Shown: in pieces, positions 49,781-54,131 of the stretch
Numbering within the stretch: position 1 is the stretch's first letter
Layout: every line of letters begins with the position of its first letter
Source of the DNA: Nemertoderma westbladi
Taxonomy: Eukaryota; Animalia; Xenacoelomorpha
Reading direction: 5' to 3'
Assembly (NCBI GenBank): GCA_032718475.1
Contig: JAUCBJ010004832.1
Location: 1 to 54,131, forward strand
Length of the DNA stretch: 54,131 nt
Notes under the pieces: model-generated
Databases searched by the model: none
What the model was told of the DNA's origin: nothing
The model's input: the letters and a program-made list of their open reading frames with translations, nothing else
Position numbers and translations under genes: made by a program

Positions 49781-50523
49781 ATGTTTTTAATATTTAACTT
49801 ATATAATTCGCTGTATTTTATTTTGTGCGGTTTGTGCTATTCAATCATAAGGGCCAGAAAGTAATAAAACTACTTCTTCGAATTATTTTGTAAATTAAAT
49901 AGAATTGAGTCAGAATTATCATTATTATTTGAGATATATTTTGTTTCCAAATGGCCCTTTGTGTGTTGTGTAACCAATTTGGCGTCAAAAGATAGGAAAT
50001 TTATAAGTTACATTAAAATTATTATTTTTAAACTGATTGTTTCAGTGGTGTCAGTTTATTTAGGAGGCCCAGTGCGGAGCAAATCTATGCATAGGGCTTT
50101 AAATGATGCATTTCCGGTCCACCCAGGATTTCATCATTAATTCGTCTACAAATCTTTGGTACTCAAACTTCAGTCGATGATTGACACGTTGGCCTCGCAT
50201 CCAGTAGGATCTATTATTGTGGTGGACAACTTAGAATGTCTTACTCACTCAGAAAAAAGTAAAGTGCCAATAAAATTATATGGATTTTAAACTCAAACCA
50301 AGTTGCATTGCATTTTATTACCAGGTCACAAGGAAGGAAATTAGCCCCCCCCCCCCCAAACCCCCCCCCCCCCCCATCCCATATTTCGATGTAAATAAAA
50401 ACACTCAAAAGTAAGAACAGCAACAAAGACTATCGCCAATTATAAGTTATTACATCCTGCATGATATTTCAGCCTGATATTTTCGTACTCCGGTTCGATA
50501 GCTATTTTGATCTGCAAGAAATT

Positions 50524-52193
50524 GTAGGTACTTCTTGTGGCCACCGATACCGAGTGTAGGTACTTCTTGTGGCCACCGATACCGAGTGTGTACTTCTTGT
50601 GGCCACCGATACCGAGTGTAGGTACTTCTTGTGGCCACCGATACCGAGTGTAGGTACTTCTTGTGGCCACCGATACCGAGTGTAGGTACTTCTTGTGACC
50701 ACCGATACGAGTGTAGGTACTTCTTGTGGCCACGGATACCGAGTGTAGGTACTTCTTGTGGCCACCGATACCGAGTGTAGGTACTTCTTGTGGCCACCGA
50801 TACCGAGTGTAGGTACTTCTTTTGGCCACCGATACCGAGTGTAGGTACTTCTTGTGGCCACCGATACCGAGTGTAGGTACTTCTTGTGGCCACCGATACC
50901 GAGTGTAGGTACTTCTTGTGGCCACCGATACCGAGTGTAGGTACTTCTTGTGGCCACCGATACCGAGTGTAAGTACTTCTTGTGGCCACCGATACCGAGT
51001 GTAGGTACTTCTTGTGGCCACCGATACCGAGTGTAGGTACTTCTTGTGGCCACCGATACCGAGTGTAGGTACTTCTTGTGGCCACCGATACCGAGTGTAG
51101 GTACTTCTTGTGGCCACGGATACCGAGTGTAGGTACTTCTTGTGGCCACCGATACCGAGTGTGTACTTCTTGTGGCCACCGATACCGAGTGTGTACTTCT
51201 TGTGGCCACCGATACCGAGTGTAGGTACTTCTTGTGGCCACGGATACCGAGTGTAGGTACTTCTTGTGGCCACCGATACCGAGTGTGTACTTCTTGTGGC
51301 CACCGATACCGAGTGTAGGTACTTCTTGTGGCCACCGATACCGAGTGTAGGTACTTCTTGTGGCCACCGATACCGAGTGTAGGTACTTCTTGTGGCCACC
51401 GATACCGAGTGTAGGTACTTCTTATGGCCACCGATACCGAGTGTAGGTACTTCTTGTGGCCACCGATACCGAATGTAGGTACTTCTTGTGGCCACCGATA
51501 CCGAGTGTAGGTACTTCTTGTGGCCACCGATACCGAGTGTAGGTACTTCTTGTGGCCACCGATACCGAGTGTAGGTACTTCTTGTGGCCACCGATACCGA
51601 GTGTAGGTACTTCTTGTGGCCACCGATACCGAGTGTAGGTACTTCTTGTGGCCACCGATACCGAGTGTAGGTACTTCTTGTGGCCACCGATACCGAGTGT
51701 AGGTACTTCTTGTGGCCACCGATACCGAGTGTAGGTACTTCTTGTGGCCACCGATACCGAGTGTAGGTACTTCTTGTGGCCACCGATACTGAGTGTAGGT
51801 ACTTCTTGTGACCACCGATACCGAGTGTAGGTACTTCTTGTGGCCACCGATACCGAGTGTAGGTACTTCTTGTGGCCACCGATACCGAGTGTAGGTACCT
51901 CTTGTGGCCACCGATACCGAGTGTAGGTACTTCTTGTGGCCACCGATACCGAGTGTAGGTACTTCTTTTGGCCACCGATACCGAGTGTAGGTACTTCTTG
52001 TGGCCACCGATACCGAGTGTAGGTACTTCTTGTGGCCACCGATACCGAGTGTAGGTACTTCTTGTGGCCACCGATACCGAGTGTAGGTACTTCTTGTGGC
52101 CACCGATACCGAGTGTAGGTACTTCTTGTGGCCACCGATACCGAGTGTAGGTACTTCTTGTGGCCACCGATACCGAGTGTAGGTACTTCTTGT
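50524..52193. repeat. 32-bp satellite (GTAGGTACTTCTTGTGGCCACCGATACCGAGT), ~52 highly homogeneous copies
   Basis: Tandem array with occasional 30-bp deletion variants; long minus-strand ORFs are artefacts. Confidence 0.97.
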
Positions 52194-53324
52194 AATCACG
52201 AATTTGTAATCAGCTCAATTTTTTATTTTATGTATTGTAAAAGTAATTTTCTCTTGTGTCAGTAATAATTATAAGCCAGTCCAGCATGATGGATTTCGGA
52301 TAATTGAAAAAAGTCATTGCGTTAGCAGACATTTCGTATAAACCCCACTTATATTGCTGTGAATAATCATTTTTAGCCTCAAATCCAATATCCAAAATGC
52401 ATTAATATAATGAAGGATTGAACGAACACGGCCTGGCATTATCTGTATGACGTTGATTTATCTTTATCTCAAAGGATTACATAAAAAAACAGCAACCTTG
52501 GGGTCCAGTTGTGCTACTTCAATAGCGAACTAACCGAGATTACTTAGTAAGGATTAAAGCGTTGGCTTGTGTCACAGATAGCGTGGATAACTGCACGCAA
52601 ATGCCTAAATTTGTTATTAAATTTAGCATATGGAATTGTTAATATGGAATTTGGGATGTTGCAGAATGAGTAGGGAATTTCGGGATTAAAGTTTATATTA
52701 TGCCACTAATATTTATCGCACTAAGGGTAGGAAGTTCGGAGATTCATTGCCGCACTTAAATATAACGAATTCGCTCCCACGAAAATTTGTCTGGCACCTA
52801 AATAAAACTATCGAAGAGTTGAAAGTGATCCTCCTTTTACTCTGTGCTACTTGTTATTAATCTTGTCGAAATTCCTTTTTCGGATTTTCAAACTCCATTT
52901 TCCAGTTTTGTTTAAAAAGGTGTGGTACATAGATGTATGTAGGTGTGAAAGTAACACATGTATTAAATGTACATGGCGTGTGCCGGGGCTAAAGTTGGTG
53001 TCGCTAATTGGTAAAGATAATATAAAAACAAGTTTAATTGTTAATCTAGAATAACGGAATGAGATCGAGTCATGTTGTCCGCTCGTGTCCATGAAGTCGT
53101 TAAGGTTTATTGGTCAGGCTTCAACCCTAATTGAAAGTGCCAGCTGTCAGGTAACCGTAACCGTAATTAATAATCTGTGAAAATATTTTTTTAGGACAAT
53201 ATGGCGGATATAGTGGTACATGCCAGTTTGAGTAAGGGTTGGGGTTGGGGTTGCCAATACTGTAACCGTTACAAAGTAATACACCAAATTCTGAGGTTAT
53301 ACAGAGTTGGATGGAGGTGATAGG

Positions 53325-53700
53325 TCCGAACATGAGTTGTCCGGTCACGAGTAGTCCGGGCTTGATGTGTTCGGACTCGAGTTGTTCGGACACCAGCTGT
53401 CCGGGCTCGAGTTGTGCGGACACGAGTTGTTCGGACACGAATTGTCCGGGTGCGGGTTGTCAGGGTACGTGTTGTCCGGGCACGAGTTGTCCGGGCACGA
53501 GTAGTCCGGGCTCGAGGTGTCCGGATTCGAGTTGTTCGGACACGAGCTGTCCGGGCTCGAGGTGTCCGGACTCGAGTTGTTCGGACGCGAGCTGTCCGGG
53601 TTCGAGTTGTGCGGACACGAGTTGTTCGGACACGAATTGTCCGGGTGCGGGATGTCAGGGTACGTGTTGTCCGGGCACGAGTTATCCGGACTAGTGTTGT
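53325..53700. repeat. 15-bp degenerate tandem repeat (ACGAGTTGTCCGGGC) with 195-bp higher-order duplication
   Basis: The block starting at 53386 recurs at 53581. Confidence 0.88.
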
Positions 53701-54131
53701 CGTAATTGTCTGCTGCCGTTTTGAACCTTTATTTGAGTGGCTTTCACTTTCATGACCACTAATAACGGTAATTATAACAGCTAGTTTTGCAGTAACGACT
53801 AATAGTCAGAATGATTATGTGTGGACGGACCCATTACCTATATTATAAGCCAAGTTTCTAGGAGTCATAGAAACTGTAGGTTGTTTGTAGCATCTAACGT
53901 AACCCTGTAGGAAGTGTCTTGGAAAAACGCCATACTAGTTAAATGTTACACAAGAACGATAAATATCCATCTTATATTGGGCTTTTTTAATTATATGACT
54001 ATCTAATGTTATTATAATAATAAATAATCTTACAATAATTACTTGTCTAATTACTCTTCATCGTTGGTTTTAACTCCGGAACCGGTAAATAATTGTTATG
54101 TAGCTTAAGATTTTGTTGTTTCAATGTAGGT

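Noticed and set aside
50440-52199. Long 237-575 aa minus-strand ORFs
   Set aside because: The 32-bp unit lacks minus-strand stops, so all frames are open with the same cyclic peptide. The annotated starts are not supported as genes.
53311-53694. Cys-rich keratin-associated or metallothionein-like ORF
   Set aside because: Pentapeptide periodicity comes from a 15-bp DNA repeat open in several frames; no independent gene evidence.

Overview
AT-rich, repeat-dense eukaryotic (metazoan, apparently invertebrate) DNA with two clear protein-coding genes, both on the + strand. The first is a single-coding-exon KCTD8/12/16-type BTB/T1+H1 gene (22902-23642). The second is a full-length (~1456 aa) IFT140 orthologue encoded in only two coding exons (38679-39515 and 41922-45455) around one 2406-bp repeat-filled intron. 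The rest is transposon-derived or satellite DNA: a young 5'-truncated RTE-clade LINE inserted into a 50-bp satellite with a diagnostic 10-bp TSD, several MITEs with clean TIRs/TSDs, Helitron-like ends, a tRNA-derived SINE, decayed LINE/LTR remnants and about a dozen unrelated tandem arrays (roughly a quarter to a third of the window). The most notable observations are the near-total intron loss in IFT140, dense TA-xxx-TA motifs resembling Tc1/mariner excision footprints (two seen directly as insertions in one repeat copy), a ~147-bp satellite with a CTCF-like motif per unit, and a TFLEQ motif in an H2-less KCTD. No CRISPR array or prokaryotic system is supported. All family assignments are from motif recognition without database searches, and repeat boundaries are approximate.
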